A DNA stretch of 64,000 nucleotides from an uncultured Poribacteria bacterium. GTDB lineage: Bacteria > Poribacteria > WGA-4E > WGA-3G. Both the position numbers and the translations under genes were made by a program. The notes beneath the pieces were generated by a model. It was not told the DNA's origin. It searched no databases and saw nothing but the letters and a program-made list of their open reading frames with translations. Shown one piece after another: positions 1 to 10,517 of the stretch. The stretch spans positions 2,400,001 through 2,464,000 of the forward strand of contig OX638351.1 of NCBI GenBank assembly GCA_951813565.1, written 5' to 3'. The first letter of the stretch is position 1. Each line of letters starts with the position of its first letter.

Positions 1-1
1 G

Positions 2-571
2 AAATGGACAAAGGACGGTAAGTTTGGATCCGCGCTGGAATTTGATGGAAATGAGAGTAAAGGCCATGTAGTCGTCGGCAATTTAGGGTTGTCTGGGAAG
101 ATTACATTGGTTCTGTGGGCGAAACCGAGTGATGCTGCCGATGATGATCGGTTAATATCGAATCTCAGTGGGCCAACGAATCCTGCCTTCGCAATTCGGT
201 TCCAAAGTGGCGCAGTTGACATTTGGGGCAGGGCGTGGAAACCCATCATCCCAAAATTTGATGACAATAAATGGGGACACTATGCGTTTGTATTGAATGG
301 CGAGGGAAACGCGACGGGTTATTACAATGGCAAAGAAGAGGACACAGTTGTCGATACCTATATTTTCACGGATATCGGTATCGGGGCGACTTTTTTGCAT
401 CAATGGGGACAATATTTTTCAGGTGTTTTTGATGAGGTGGCGTTTTTCAATGTCGCGTTGACTGAAGATGATATTAAAATTGTCATGACAAGAGGACTCA
501 AATCCGCTTTGGCGGTTTACCCCGCAGGTAAATTAGCCACTACTTGGGGAAATATAAAAGCCAACCGGTAA
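2..571 (+). CDS. LamG/concanavalin A-like jellyroll protein, 5'-truncated by the window edge
   Basis: The frame is open from base 2 (KWTKDGKFGSALEFDG...). LamG motifs WGHYAFV, YYNG and FSGVFDEVAFFNVALT are present. C-terminal tail AVYPAGKLATTWGNIK. Confidence 0.85.
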   Translation, partial: KWTKDGKFGSALEFDGNESKGHVVVGNLGLSGKITLVLWAKPSDAADDDRLISNLSGPTNPAFAIRFQSGAVDIWGRAWKPIIPKFDDNKWGHYAFVLNGEGNATGYYNGKEEDTVVDTYIFTDIGIGATFLHQWGQYFSGVFDEVAFFNVALTEDDIKIVMTRGLKSALAVYPAGKLATTWGNIKANR

Positions 572-583
572 GGGCCAAACTAA

Positions 584-2029
584 GTGCAAAGTAACCTTCA
601 TCAGCGTTTTCTGTTACAGGTAGAGTCTGGTTTACTCCCGACACTTTTCGTCGCCATGATAATGGTAGTGGTAATCGTCTCGATTTCCCACGCGGAAGAT
701 CAAGTCGCCGGTCACTGGGAGGGACAGATCAACGTTCCGATCCAACCTTTATCGATAAAGGTTGATCTCTCCATCAAAGACAACAATTGGAGCGGCACCA
801 TTGATATTCCTACCCAAGGTGCTAAAGGTTTACCGTTATCTAACATCTATATTGAAGAAACCGATGATAATATTAGTGTCAAATTTGTAATCCGTGGCGT
901 GCCGGGCAATCCCACCTTTGCAGGACATCTAAACGATGACATCATTAGTGGCAAATTCACCCAAGGTGGTGCCACATTCGACTTCAAACTTTCCCCCGAC
1001 ATCATTGTTGAACCTGCAAGACCTCAGGAGCCAAAACCACCATTTCCCTACAAAATCGAAGAAATTGCGTTTAAAAACGTAACCATCAACCTTGCCGGCA
1101 CTTTGACGTTACCACTTGGTGATGGCCCTTTTCCCGCAGTACTGCTTATCTCTGGTAGCGGTTTGCAGGACCGGGATCAGACGTTGTTCGGACACAAACC
1201 TTTTTGGGTAATTGCTGATTACTTGACTCGTGCGGGTATTGCCGTGCTACGCGTTGATGACCCAGGTATCGGCAAGTCAACACCACATCCAGAGCCACCA
1301 ACAACAGCAGACTTCGCGACCGACGTGGAAGCGGGTGTTGATTTTCTCAAGGAGGATAACCGAATCAGTTCTGTTGGACTAATTGGTCATAGTGAAGGAG
1401 GTGCCGTTGCCGCCATCGTTGCCAGTCGCAGTGAAGACATAAATTTTATCGTGCTAATGGCTGCCCCTGGAGTCCTTGGTGCTGAACTCTTGCGCAAACA
1501 GAACGAACGCATCTTTGACGCGATGGGACTCGCGAAGGAACATAAACAGGCTTTACTAACGCTTCTTGATCAGTTGTTTACAACATTAGCCTCGGATATG
1601 GCAGATGATGAACTACGACAGCAGATCGGTGTTATTGTTCGCAAGCAGTTTGAGGCAAACGGTGTTCCCATTACCCAACAGGACGAAACACAAGTGCAAG
1701 CAGCAGTCGAACAAGTTCTTAACCCATGGATGCGGTATTTTCTTGCATTCAATCCAGAACCTGTCCTCAAAAAAGTCAAGGTGCCTGTATTAGCACTTAA
1801 CGGAGAACTCGATGTGCAGGTTGATGCAGAACAAAACCTCACTGGTATCGTTACTGCTCTTGAACAAGGCGGAAATCGCAATGTCACGGCACATCGCCTA
1901 CCGAAACACAACCACCTATTCCAACGGGCGACTACAGGTCTGGTTAATGAGTACGCCACTATTGAAGAAACAATCTCACCAAAAGTCCTAAAACTAATTA
2001 GAGACTGGGTATTGTCAGTAACGCAGTAA
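584..2029 (+). CDS. Secreted alpha/beta hydrolase (S9/S15-like)
   Basis: Nucleophile motif GHSEGG, GELDVQV acid motif, NHLFQ His, N-terminal hydrophobic segment. Start codon uncertain. Confidence 0.85.
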   Translation: MQSNLHQRFLLQVESGLLPTLFVAMIMVVVIVSISHAEDQVAGHWEGQINVPIQPLSIKVDLSIKDNNWSGTIDIPTQGAKGLPLSNIYIEETDDNISVKFVIRGVPGNPTFAGHLNDDIISGKFTQGGATFDFKLSPDIIVEPARPQEPKPPFPYKIEEIAFKNVTINLAGTLTLPLGDGPFPAVLLISGSGLQDRDQTLFGHKPFWVIADYLTRAGIAVLRVDDPGIGKSTPHPEPPTTADFATDVEAGVDFLKEDNRISSVGLIGHSEGGAVAAIVASRSEDINFIVLMAAPGVLGAELLRKQNERIFDAMGLAKEHKQALLTLLDQLFTTLASDMADDELRQQIGVIVRKQFEANGVPITQQDETQVQAAVEQVLNPWMRYFLAFNPEPVLKKVKVPVLALNGELDVQVDAEQNLTGIVTALEQGGNRNVTAHRLPKHNHLFQRATTGLVNEYATIEETISPKVLKLIRDWVLSVTQ

Positions 2030-2443
2030 AATTGATTTGGAAGAGGCGTATTCGATTTTTTATCAATCTTTCGATTTAGATGATATCCATATTTTGAATT
2101 CATTTTATGCACTCTTTCCAATCTAATATTGTGTCTTATAATTATGAAAGGTATCACACACCATTGTTTTGGAAAACCATGTCAAGCATCTTGCGTAAGT
2201 CTGTTTCACTTTAGAACCACCTACACTTTTATTTGCGTTTTCCATTTCTATTCTGGTATACTATTTCATAACGAAATTTTGAGGCATGCGCTAACGCTGT
2301 AAAAATATATGTCAATCACGGAATGTCTATTATTCACTCAGTAATTGTTGCGTTGATTCAGACATCTCAGTTCAGACAATAAACTCCACACATTAAAAAA
2401 ATATTTTCAATCGGTCACTCAGATCTTTTTAACGAGGTCATTG

Positions 2444-3898
2444 ATGGTTATAAATCGTTTTGAAAAAATAACATTTCTGCTTTTGGGTGGTATTGTATTA
2501 TCCATTCTCACAAGTTGCTACACCGAGCCTCCTCCACCCCCTCAATCAAAAAGAACCGTAAACCGTCAAAATTTCAGGAACCGTCAAAGTTATGCAAACA
2601 TTCCTTGGCCGCATACATCTAATTTACCCATTGTGGTTATTGATACATTTGGTCGATGGATTCCTGACGAACCCAAGATTCCGGCACAGATGAAAATTAT
2701 TTACGATGAATCTGGCGGCAGAAACAGTTTGGACAATCCTCACATTCATTTTGAAGGCAAAATCGGTATAGAAGTTAGAGGACAAACTTCACAAGGGTTT
2801 CCGAAAAAGCAATACGGTTTTGAATTTCAAGACGATAAGGGCAATGACAAAGATGTGTCCATATTCCAATTGCCAGCCGAATCTGATTGGGTGCTGAATG
2901 GTCCCTATTCGGATAAAACGCTTATGCGGAACTACTTGGCTTTTGAATTTAGCAATCGAATCGGCAGCTACGCAACCAGAACAAAGTTTGTTGAGGTATT
3001 TCTCAATACGAATCGCGATAAGACAATTAAAGCACAACATTATGTCGGGGTCTATCTGCTCATAGAAAAGATCAAACGTGGAAAAGAACGTATTCCTATT
3101 CAATCTTTGAAACCCACCCATAACAAGCCTCCTGAAATCACTGGGGGCTATATCATAAAAATTGATAAAATGGATAGAAATGAAATTTTCTTCTACACTC
3201 GGCGCGGCACACATCTTGCGCATGTATATCCGAAGGGGCGCGAAATGACTCATGCACAAAGAGGGTGGATTCAAAACTATATGAGCGAATTTGAAGCCAC
3301 CTTAACCAGCCCGAAGTTCAAAGACCCAAAGCACGGATATGCCAAGTATATTGATATAGATTCTTTTATTGATCATTTTATCATCAATGAACTTTTTAAA
3401 AACACGGATGGATTTCGCTTCAGCGCATACATGTACAAAGATAGAGGTGGAAAACTAAAAGCGGGACCAGTCTGGGATTTCAATTTATCGATGGGTAATA
3501 CTATTTTCCATAACGGTTGGGAAACCAATAGTTGGCTCATTTATACAAATCCTGTTCCTTTCTGGTGGGATCGGCTGTTATCGGACGAAAACTTTAAAAA
3601 GAAACTTGTTAAGAAGTGGAAGACACTTCGAAAAAATGAACTCGCTACATCAGAAATCCTTGGCGAAATTAATCGAACAGTAAAATACCTTTCAGAAGCA
3701 CAAAAACGAAACTTCCAAAGATGGCGTGTGCTGGGCCATTCACTTTTTGGTAACCCTGGACCAGGACGCCTTACATATCAAGGTGAAGTGGACGAGATGA
3801 AAACTTGGATAAAAACTCGATTGGAATGGATGGACAGAAACATTGAATTGTTGCCTCAAAAACAAAAGTATCAATATTCTCGAAGGCATCGATACTAA
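2444..3898 (+). CDS. CotH kinase family lipoprotein
   Basis: Lipobox LTSC; motifs IEVRGQTS..FPKK, DKTLMRN, YVGVYLLIEKI, GPVWDFNLSMG. Confidence 0.85.
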   Translation: MVINRFEKITFLLLGGIVLSILTSCYTEPPPPPQSKRTVNRQNFRNRQSYANIPWPHTSNLPIVVIDTFGRWIPDEPKIPAQMKIIYDESGGRNSLDNPHIHFEGKIGIEVRGQTSQGFPKKQYGFEFQDDKGNDKDVSIFQLPAESDWVLNGPYSDKTLMRNYLAFEFSNRIGSYATRTKFVEVFLNTNRDKTIKAQHYVGVYLLIEKIKRGKERIPIQSLKPTHNKPPEITGGYIIKIDKMDRNEIFFYTRRGTHLAHVYPKGREMTHAQRGWIQNYMSEFEATLTSPKFKDPKHGYAKYIDIDSFIDHFIINELFKNTDGFRFSAYMYKDRGGKLKAGPVWDFNLSMGNTIFHNGWETNSWLIYTNPVPFWWDRLLSDENFKKKLVKKWKTLRKNELATSEILGEINRTVKYLSEAQKRNFQRWRVLGHSLFGNPGPGRLTYQGEVDEMKTWIKTRLEWMDRNIELLPQKQKYQYSRRHRY

Positions 3899-4079
3899 AT
3901 TAAGGTGCGTCCTGAAACGACTGCGCAGTTGACCAATTATTCAAATCTATTTAACCAGAAACATGGATACCGTATCATTAGCAAATACCAGCGATGTGTA
4001 TTTTTATGAACTACGAGCAGATTTTATTTACCTTTGCACGAAGTGATTATTTTGAAGTAATAATGTAAGGACTCCTCAC

Positions 4080-4178
4080 TGCCCCATTTCGTGCAATCGG
4101 CATAAAGTCTGCCCCTTTTTGTGCAGTTCTCCAAAGAATCCAGCAGTCTCGTCTTGTTAAACTGGCATAGAATTTGCT
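4080..4178 (+). promoter_or_regulatory. Sigma-54 (-24/-12) promoter with two upstream enhancer-like repeats
   Basis: TGGCATAGAATTTGCT at 4163-4178 has GG-N10-GC spacing. TGCCCCATTTCGTGCA (4080-4095) and TGCCCCTTTTTGTGCA (4110-4125) resemble NtrC-type activator sites. Confidence 0.6.
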
Positions 4179-4203
4179 TTTATTGTATACGCATCTTAGT
4201 ATA

Positions 4204-4459
4204 ACGACTTGTGCCAGTTAACATTTTGTTTTGTTGGTTTTCACATATATTTGCCTTTGTGCTATAAACATATCGTCCCTACCAAATCAACGCCAAATGC
4301 GCGTGTGGCATTTGGCGGGACTAAAGAGTGCTCGTCCAATCATTTTCTATAAACATATCGTCCCTACGGGACTGAAGAACATATAAATATATGATAATGA
4401 CTTACAAACATTTCTTTTGTGAAATAAAGTTCTACAAATGGTTATTTAGCACAACTCGT
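4204..4459. mobile_element. MITE with IS982-like AC...GT ends and a 7-bp target duplication
   Basis: Imperfect TIR ACGACTTGTGC / GCACAACTCGT. TAGTATA flanks both sides (4197-4203, 4460-4466). Contains two CTATAAACATATCGTCCCTAC-GGGACT REP copies. Confidence 0.75.
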
Positions 4460-4506
4460 TAGTATAGGAACATGGTTAAAATAGTTGTAACTAACCGATA
4501 ACCGAT

Positions 4507-6042
4507 ATGAAACACATCTATCTAACAATCCTATTATTTCCCTTCGTTACGATATTGGTTTTGCCGACTGTGACCTACGCAGAAAAAAATGGAAATAAAA
4601 CGCATTGGAATCAATTTCGTGGCCCAAACGGAAGCGGTGTGATAAAAACTGCCAATGTTCCTATCAACTTTGGTCCCGACATAAACATCCTATGGAAAAA
4701 GAAAATGGAAGGAGGACAGTCCTCTCCTGTTATTTGGGGCAACCGCATTTTTGTCACGACTTTTTCGCCCGAAAACAGAGATCAACTTACAGTCGTTTGT
4801 CTTGATCGGCAGAATGGAAGCATCTTGTGGCGTAAATCGGTTAGTACCCGAAAAAACGCACAGTATTTTCCGTTGCTAAACGGTCCCGCTTCACCCACAC
4901 CAGCAGCTGACCACAAACACGTTTACGCTTACTTCGGCACCTACGGTATCCTCTGCTATACCCATGGTGGAGACAAGGTTTGGGAACGTCAAATTGACCC
5001 ACCTGTGAGTCAATACGGAATGTCTGTCTCACCGATACTGTATAAAGATACGGTTATCCTCGTTTTAGACGACAACAGGGGAAATTCTCGACTTCTCGCT
5101 ATGAATCGAGACACAGGTAACACCGTCTGGGAACAACCGCGTCTCTTCTTTCAAGCGGGCTGGTCCACCCCGATGCTCTGGCAGCATGAATTTCGTGATG
5201 AACTTGTTGTGCTGGGATATAAGAAGTTGGCTTCCTACAACCCTGTGAACGGTGAAGAATTATGGTGGGCTGGCGGATTTTCTGTTGAAACCATTGGTAT
5301 CCCTGTCGTAGGGGAAGGGCTTCTTTTTGTAAGTGACGCTGCTGCAGGTGGGCGCGGTGAAACCGAATGGGATGCTGAGGCATCATGGAAAATTACACTT
5401 GAAGATTTTGATAAGAACAAAGACAACAAGATACAACGCGAAGAAATGGCAAAAGGCTTTAGAATCCCTTTGCGAAGCGAATTGGAGAAACATGAACTCG
5501 GTTCTGCATATCCGATTGGGCCTCGACAGGTTGGTGGTTGGTTCAGGCATTTGGATAAAGACAAAGACGGCGAACTGAGCAAAACAGACTGGCTGGAACT
5601 TATGTCCGAATTTGCTATGGAGAGCCAGCCAACGCTCATTGCAATAAAACCGGGTGCGGAAGGAAACGCTCGACCGCTGAACGTGGCGTGGGAAATCAAT
5701 AGTGGCATACCTGAAATACCTTCGCCACTTTATTGTCAGGGGAAAGTTTATCTGCTGCGAAAAGGAGGCATTCTGACATGTATTCAGGCAGCAGACGGCA
5801 AACAGCTTTTTCGTGAACGCATTGGGGCAAGGGGACAGTATATTGCCTCACCTATCGCCGCAGGGAATAAACTGATCGCGGCATCACAACGAGGCATGGT
5901 CACGGTGATTCAAATCGGAGATACACTTGAGGTCCTTGCAAGGAACAACTTCGGAGAAGAGATTGTCGCGACACCAGCAATCGCGGAAAATACAATATAC
6001 CTGCGAACAGCCAATCACCTATACGCCATTGGTAAATATTAA
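4507..6042 (+). CDS. Secreted PQQ-binding-like (BamB-type) beta-propeller with inserted EF-hands
   Basis: Signal peptide, WNQFRGPNGSG, repeated SSPV/W motifs, EF-hand loops DKNKDNKIQREE and DKDKDGELSKTD. Confidence 0.85.
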   Translation: MKHIYLTILLFPFVTILVLPTVTYAEKNGNKTHWNQFRGPNGSGVIKTANVPINFGPDINILWKKKMEGGQSSPVIWGNRIFVTTFSPENRDQLTVVCLDRQNGSILWRKSVSTRKNAQYFPLLNGPASPTPAADHKHVYAYFGTYGILCYTHGGDKVWERQIDPPVSQYGMSVSPILYKDTVILVLDDNRGNSRLLAMNRDTGNTVWEQPRLFFQAGWSTPMLWQHEFRDELVVLGYKKLASYNPVNGEELWWAGGFSVETIGIPVVGEGLLFVSDAAAGGRGETEWDAEASWKITLEDFDKNKDNKIQREEMAKGFRIPLRSELEKHELGSAYPIGPRQVGGWFRHLDKDKDGELSKTDWLELMSEFAMESQPTLIAIKPGAEGNARPLNVAWEINSGIPEIPSPLYCQGKVYLLRKGGILTCIQAADGKQLFRERIGARGQYIASPIAAGNKLIAASQRGMVTVIQIGDTLEVLARNNFGEEIVATPAIAENTIYLRTANHLYAIGKY

Positions 6043-6257
6043 TCCTAATTGTTCGATGGCATTTTTCAGAATTATGCAACCATTTCTCTCCCTACAGGCG
6101 TCACTATATTATGATATGTCTTACGCAAATAATTAGAATCGGAGTGCCTTTAATTTACACCAATATTGCGTAAGTCAATTATAATCATAAGAGTCAAAGA
6201 TGTTAACTGCTACATTGAAGAAACTAAGAACCAATAACTAATTAAAAGGGAATAAAT

Positions 6258-7277
6258 ATGCAAACACCACGACACATTGACCAAATGGATGCCGATGACG
6301 TTGCTGCAATTGACGAACTACGCGACGTCTACGACCAACTAAAGAAAGCACTTGCCAAGATCATCATTGGTCAGGAGCAAGTCATTGAAAATTTATCGAT
6401 TTGTCTGTTTTCACAAGGGCACGCGCTATTGATGGGCGTCCCTGGCTTGGCAAAAACGCTTTTGGTGAGCCGGTTCGCTGAAACCATGGCGTTGTCGTTT
6501 AGCCGAATCCAATTCACACCCGATCTTATGCCGATGGACATCACCGGAACAGATATTCTTCAAGAAATACCGGGGGGTAGACGTGAGTTTGAGTTTGTAA
6601 AAGGCCCGCTGTTTGCCAACCTCATCCTCGCGGACGAGATTAACCGTGCCCCTTCAAAAACACAAGCAGCAATGCTTGAGGCAATGCAGGAATACAAGAT
6701 CACGGTAATCGGCAGGACCTACCAGTTAGCACCACCGTTCTTTGTATTAGCAACGCAAAACCCGATTGAGCAGGAAGGGACATATCCCTTACCAGAAGCA
6801 CAATTAGACCGATTCATGTTCAGAATTGAGGTAGACTATCCTGAGCGATCTGAAGAAATCGAAATCGCCCGAACGACAACTGGCATGTCCCTTCCAACGT
6901 TAGAACACGTTTTGACGGGTGATCGTGTCATAGCATTCCAAAACCTTGTTCGGCGCGTTCCAGTATCTGAACACATCTATGAATTCGCTGTTGACTTAGC
7001 ACGCAGCACACGACCGAAAGGCGACGCAGCACCTGATTGGCTTAAACCCCTTGTCGCTTGGGGTGCTGGCCCACGGGCTGTCCAATACTTAATTCTCGGT
7101 GCTAAGGCACGCGCTGCACTCAGCGGTAGTTATATGGCTCGACTTGAAGATGTGGTCGCTGTAGCAAACCCTGTCCTTGCGCACCGTGTCATCACATCGT
7201 TTGCTGCTGAGTCTGAAAACATTACCAGTCAAGATATCGTTGAACGTCTCGTAGGAGAACTCTCCGAACAAGGGTAA
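6258..7277 (+). CDS. moxR: MoxR family AAA+ ATPase
   Basis: GVPGLAKT Walker A, RIQFTPDLMP, LADEINRA, ATQNPIEQEGTYPLPEAQLDRF. Confidence 0.95.
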   Translation: MQTPRHIDQMDADDVAAIDELRDVYDQLKKALAKIIIGQEQVIENLSICLFSQGHALLMGVPGLAKTLLVSRFAETMALSFSRIQFTPDLMPMDITGTDILQEIPGGRREFEFVKGPLFANLILADEINRAPSKTQAAMLEAMQEYKITVIGRTYQLAPPFFVLATQNPIEQEGTYPLPEAQLDRFMFRIEVDYPERSEEIEIARTTTGMSLPTLEHVLTGDRVIAFQNLVRRVPVSEHIYEFAVDLARSTRPKGDAAPDWLKPLVAWGAGPRAVQYLILGAKARAALSGSYMARLEDVVAVANPVLAHRVITSFAAESENITSQDIVERLVGELSEQG

Positions 7278-7280
7278 AAT

Positions 7281-8186
7281 ATGGCACTGCAACTCAGACG
7301 AGATTATCTCAACCAGAAGGTTCTGGAACGGCTTTCAACGCTACAACTACATGCCCGGTTACCAATGATAGGAAGCGTATCCGGCAAACATCGCAGCCCG
7401 ATTCGCGGGTCAAGCCTTGAGTTCGCGGAGTATCGTAAGTATGTGCCGGGTGATGATACACGGCGGCTTGATTGGCGTGCTTATGCCCGAAATGACCGCT
7501 ATTATATCAAAGAATTTGAGGCAGATACGAACTTACGTATGTGCTTAATCGTTGATACCAGTGGCTCAATGGGATTCGCTTACAACGGGATGAGCAAACT
7601 TGACTATGCGCGCCGAATCGGTGGCACTTTAGCCTATATCGCAGCGCTTCAAGGTGATGCTGTCGGGCTCTACTGTGCAGGCACAAGGTTTCACAAAGAG
7701 ATTCCACCGAAGCGGAGCGCAACACACCTTAGTGCTGTCCTTGATGAACTCGGAGCAGTAGAACCATCAGGTGAAACAGGATTGGCAGACGTTCTTCACG
7801 AAACTGCTGAACGTGTCCCGCAGAGAGCACTAATTATTATCATTTCAGATCTGTTTATTGACCCAGAAGTAGCGCGGAACTGTTTTGAACATTTACGATT
7901 CCGTAAACACGATGTCGCTGTGTTCCATCTTATGGAGCAGAATGAATTGGATTTTGAATTTGATCGTCCAATGCGCTTTGTTGATATGGAGGGTGGTGAA
8001 CCCATATTAGCAGACCCAATCATTATTGGTGAGCAGTACCGCCGTGCCTTGGAAGTATATCTTGAAAGCATGAATGAAGTTATACAAGACACCGAAATTG
8101 ACTATCATCGTGTACAAATTCAGGAAGACTATGGCGACGTATTGGCAAAGTTCTTATTAGGGCGCACACCTAAAAAACGTGCGTGA
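7281..8186 (+). CDS. DUF58 (vWA-like) protein
   Basis: EFAEYRKYVPGDD.RRLDW, MIDAS DTSGSM, directly downstream of moxR. Confidence 0.93.
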   Translation: MALQLRRDYLNQKVLERLSTLQLHARLPMIGSVSGKHRSPIRGSSLEFAEYRKYVPGDDTRRLDWRAYARNDRYYIKEFEADTNLRMCLIVDTSGSMGFAYNGMSKLDYARRIGGTLAYIAALQGDAVGLYCAGTRFHKEIPPKRSATHLSAVLDELGAVEPSGETGLADVLHETAERVPQRALIIIISDLFIDPEVARNCFEHLRFRKHDVAVFHLMEQNELDFEFDRPMRFVDMEGGEPILADPIIIGEQYRRALEVYLESMNEVIQDTEIDYHRVQIQEDYGDVLAKFLLGRTPKKRA

Positions 8187-8404
8187 GACTTTTGGCTATC
8201 AGCAATTGACAAAATATAATGTGCGTATGGACTAAAAATCCAAAGAGGCGCAATGAATTGCGCGACTACAAACGCCGTAAATCTAAAGAAAAACGTTCAC
8301 TTATTTATATGCGTCACTATTATGCAACCATTAAAGTAAATGCTAACCGCTTTACTGAAAAAATGAGAACCAATGGCTGATTGCCGACAGCCAAAAAACC
8401 AACT

Positions 8405-10420
8405 ATGAATTTTCTACAACCTTTAGCATTAATAGCACTTCCTTTGATGTTGCTACCAGTCATTATTCACCTGATTAATCAGCAGCGCCACCGCACCGTG
8501 CCCTGGGCAGCGATGATGTTCCTAATGACAGCAAAACGCATGAGCAAAGGTATGGCACGTCTGCGTCATATTCTTATACTGCTAATGCGTACCCTTGCTA
8601 TCGCAGCGCTGATTTTCGCTATCAGTCGACCACTCTCTGGTGGATGGTTAGGAAGCATCGGATTGGCGAAACCTGATGTCACGATGGTTCTGCTTGACCG
8701 GTCTGCAAGCATGGAAACACAAAATCTGCAGGCTGGCGAGTCAAAAAGGTCCACAGCACTAAAAAGACTTGCACAGTTGCTGGAGCAAGGCGATTATGGG
8801 GCTCACCTGATTCTGATTGATAGTGCCACTGGACAATTACAGGAAATAGATTCACCGAAGGCATTATTGAGCCTACCCATGACTGAAGCGAGTGCTACAA
8901 GTGCGAATATTCCGGGCATGTTTGAATCTGCTTTAACCTATCTCAAAGCAAACAATTCGGGACGTGCAGACGTGTGGCTTTGCTCTGATCTCTACGAGAA
9001 CGATTGGGCTGTTGCCAGCGGACGTTGGGATGCAATCCGAGAAGAATTTGCGCAGTTAGAAGGTGTGCACCATTTCTTGCTTGCATATTCAGCGCCACCT
9101 TCAAATAACTTATCGGTGAGGGTGAAAAACGTACAACGGTGGCAACGAGGCAACGAAGCGGAACTCATTCTTGATGTATTGGTTAGAAATGAAGGCAGCG
9201 ATATAGGAACACGAGAAGTCCCGATTGAGTTTGAAGTCAACAACGTTCGCTCTGTGGTTGAAGTTGAACTTGACGCACGCGGCGCATCTTTGCAGGGACA
9301 TCGCATTCCTATTGATGGCACGCTCACTTCAGGATGGGGGTCTGTCGGGTTGCCGGGTGATGCTAATCCGTTGGACAATCGATTTTTCTTTGTGTTTTCA
9401 GAACCACCGGTGCGGAGGTCAGTTATCGTTAGTGATGATGCGAAAATTGGCGAAGCGTTTCGTCGTGCGCTCGCTATCCCGCCAGATGCCAGGCTTCAAC
9501 ATCAGGCGGATGTGATTCCCACGAGTCGCATTGGGGAGATTGATTGGGGAAGGATAGGGTTATTGGTTTGGCAAGCAGCTTTGCCGAATGGGTTGGTCGT
9601 GGAACAGATACAGAATTTTGTTAACAGTGGTCGTGTCGCTATCTTCTTTCCACCGAGTCAGAATGCTGGTGCCCAAATGTTCGACTCACGTTGGGACAAT
9701 TGGCAGACACCTGATGATGAACAAACTGCCCAGATTTCATGGTGGCGTGGTGATGCCGATCTGTTGGCGCATGTAGATAGCGGTAACCCCTTGCCTTTGA
9801 ATAAACTACGCACCTACCGGTATCGTGCTATTGAGAGCATGGGAACGCCGCTGGCAAGATTTGGTAGCGATGCGCCGCTGCTAACCCGTGTGAATACTGA
9901 CCGAGGCGCAGCGTATTTCTGTAGCACACTACCCACGGCACAATTCTCATCTCTTGAACGGGACGGCGTAGTGTTTTATGTGATGTTACAGCGTGCGTTA
10001 GCTGAAGGATGTCGCGCATTGACTGAAGCATCTCAACGCGATGCTGCGCCTGATGCACTTGCAGATCGTGGACAATGGGAGGCGGTTGCGCCTGAAGGAG
10101 ACGCAGTATCGCTTTCACAACGCGGATTACACGCTGGCGTCTATAGAGACGAGGCGTATTGGGTAGCTGTGAATCGCAGCCAAGCTGAAGATTCCGCTAA
10201 AGCAGCCCCTGAAGAAACTGTAGATGCGCTATTTAACGACTTATCTTATAGGCGAATAGACGTAGAAGTGGGAGACACCTCCTCTTTAGCCAATGAACTC
10301 TGGCGTATCTTCCTGATTGCGATGGCGATAGCACTTATTGTGGAAGCGGTGCTAAGTTTACCGAGTAAGAAAGCGGAAAGTAGTCCAGTTGGAGATTTTG
10401 CAACAGCAGAGAGAGACTGA
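8405..10420 (+). CDS. BatA N-terminal domain + vWA membrane protein
   Basis: MNFLQP...LPVIIHLIN...WAAMMFL BatA double-TM motif, LLDRSASM MIDAS, C-terminal TM. Start placed at ATG 8405. Confidence 0.88.
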   Translation: MNFLQPLALIALPLMLLPVIIHLINQQRHRTVPWAAMMFLMTAKRMSKGMARLRHILILLMRTLAIAALIFAISRPLSGGWLGSIGLAKPDVTMVLLDRSASMETQNLQAGESKRSTALKRLAQLLEQGDYGAHLILIDSATGQLQEIDSPKALLSLPMTEASATSANIPGMFESALTYLKANNSGRADVWLCSDLYENDWAVASGRWDAIREEFAQLEGVHHFLLAYSAPPSNNLSVRVKNVQRWQRGNEAELILDVLVRNEGSDIGTREVPIEFEVNNVRSVVEVELDARGASLQGHRIPIDGTLTSGWGSVGLPGDANPLDNRFFFVFSEPPVRRSVIVSDDAKIGEAFRRALAIPPDARLQHQADVIPTSRIGEIDWGRIGLLVWQAALPNGLVVEQIQNFVNSGRVAIFFPPSQNAGAQMFDSRWDNWQTPDDEQTAQISWWRGDADLLAHVDSGNPLPLNKLRTYRYRAIESMGTPLARFGSDAPLLTRVNTDRGAAYFCSTLPTAQFSSLERDGVVFYVMLQRALAEGCRALTEASQRDAAPDALADRGQWEAVAPEGDAVSLSQRGLHAGVYRDEAYWVAVNRSQAEDSAKAAPEETVDALFNDLSYRRIDVEVGDTSSLANELWRIFLIAMAIALIVEAVLSLPSKKAESSPVGDFATAERD

Positions 10421-10517
10421 GGTATAATTTTGAATATGTCTTGTAGGAGTGCCCTCCAGGTCGCGACCCTAATACATCATAATATTCAAACAGTGTTTAT
10501 TTCTTAAGGAGCATCAA

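Noticed and set aside
6118..6176. GTCTTACGCAA...TTGCGTAAGTC inverted repeat, a possible tiny MITE relic (half-site also at ~2191)
   Set aside because: Only a 10/11 match with no clear target duplication; insufficient support.
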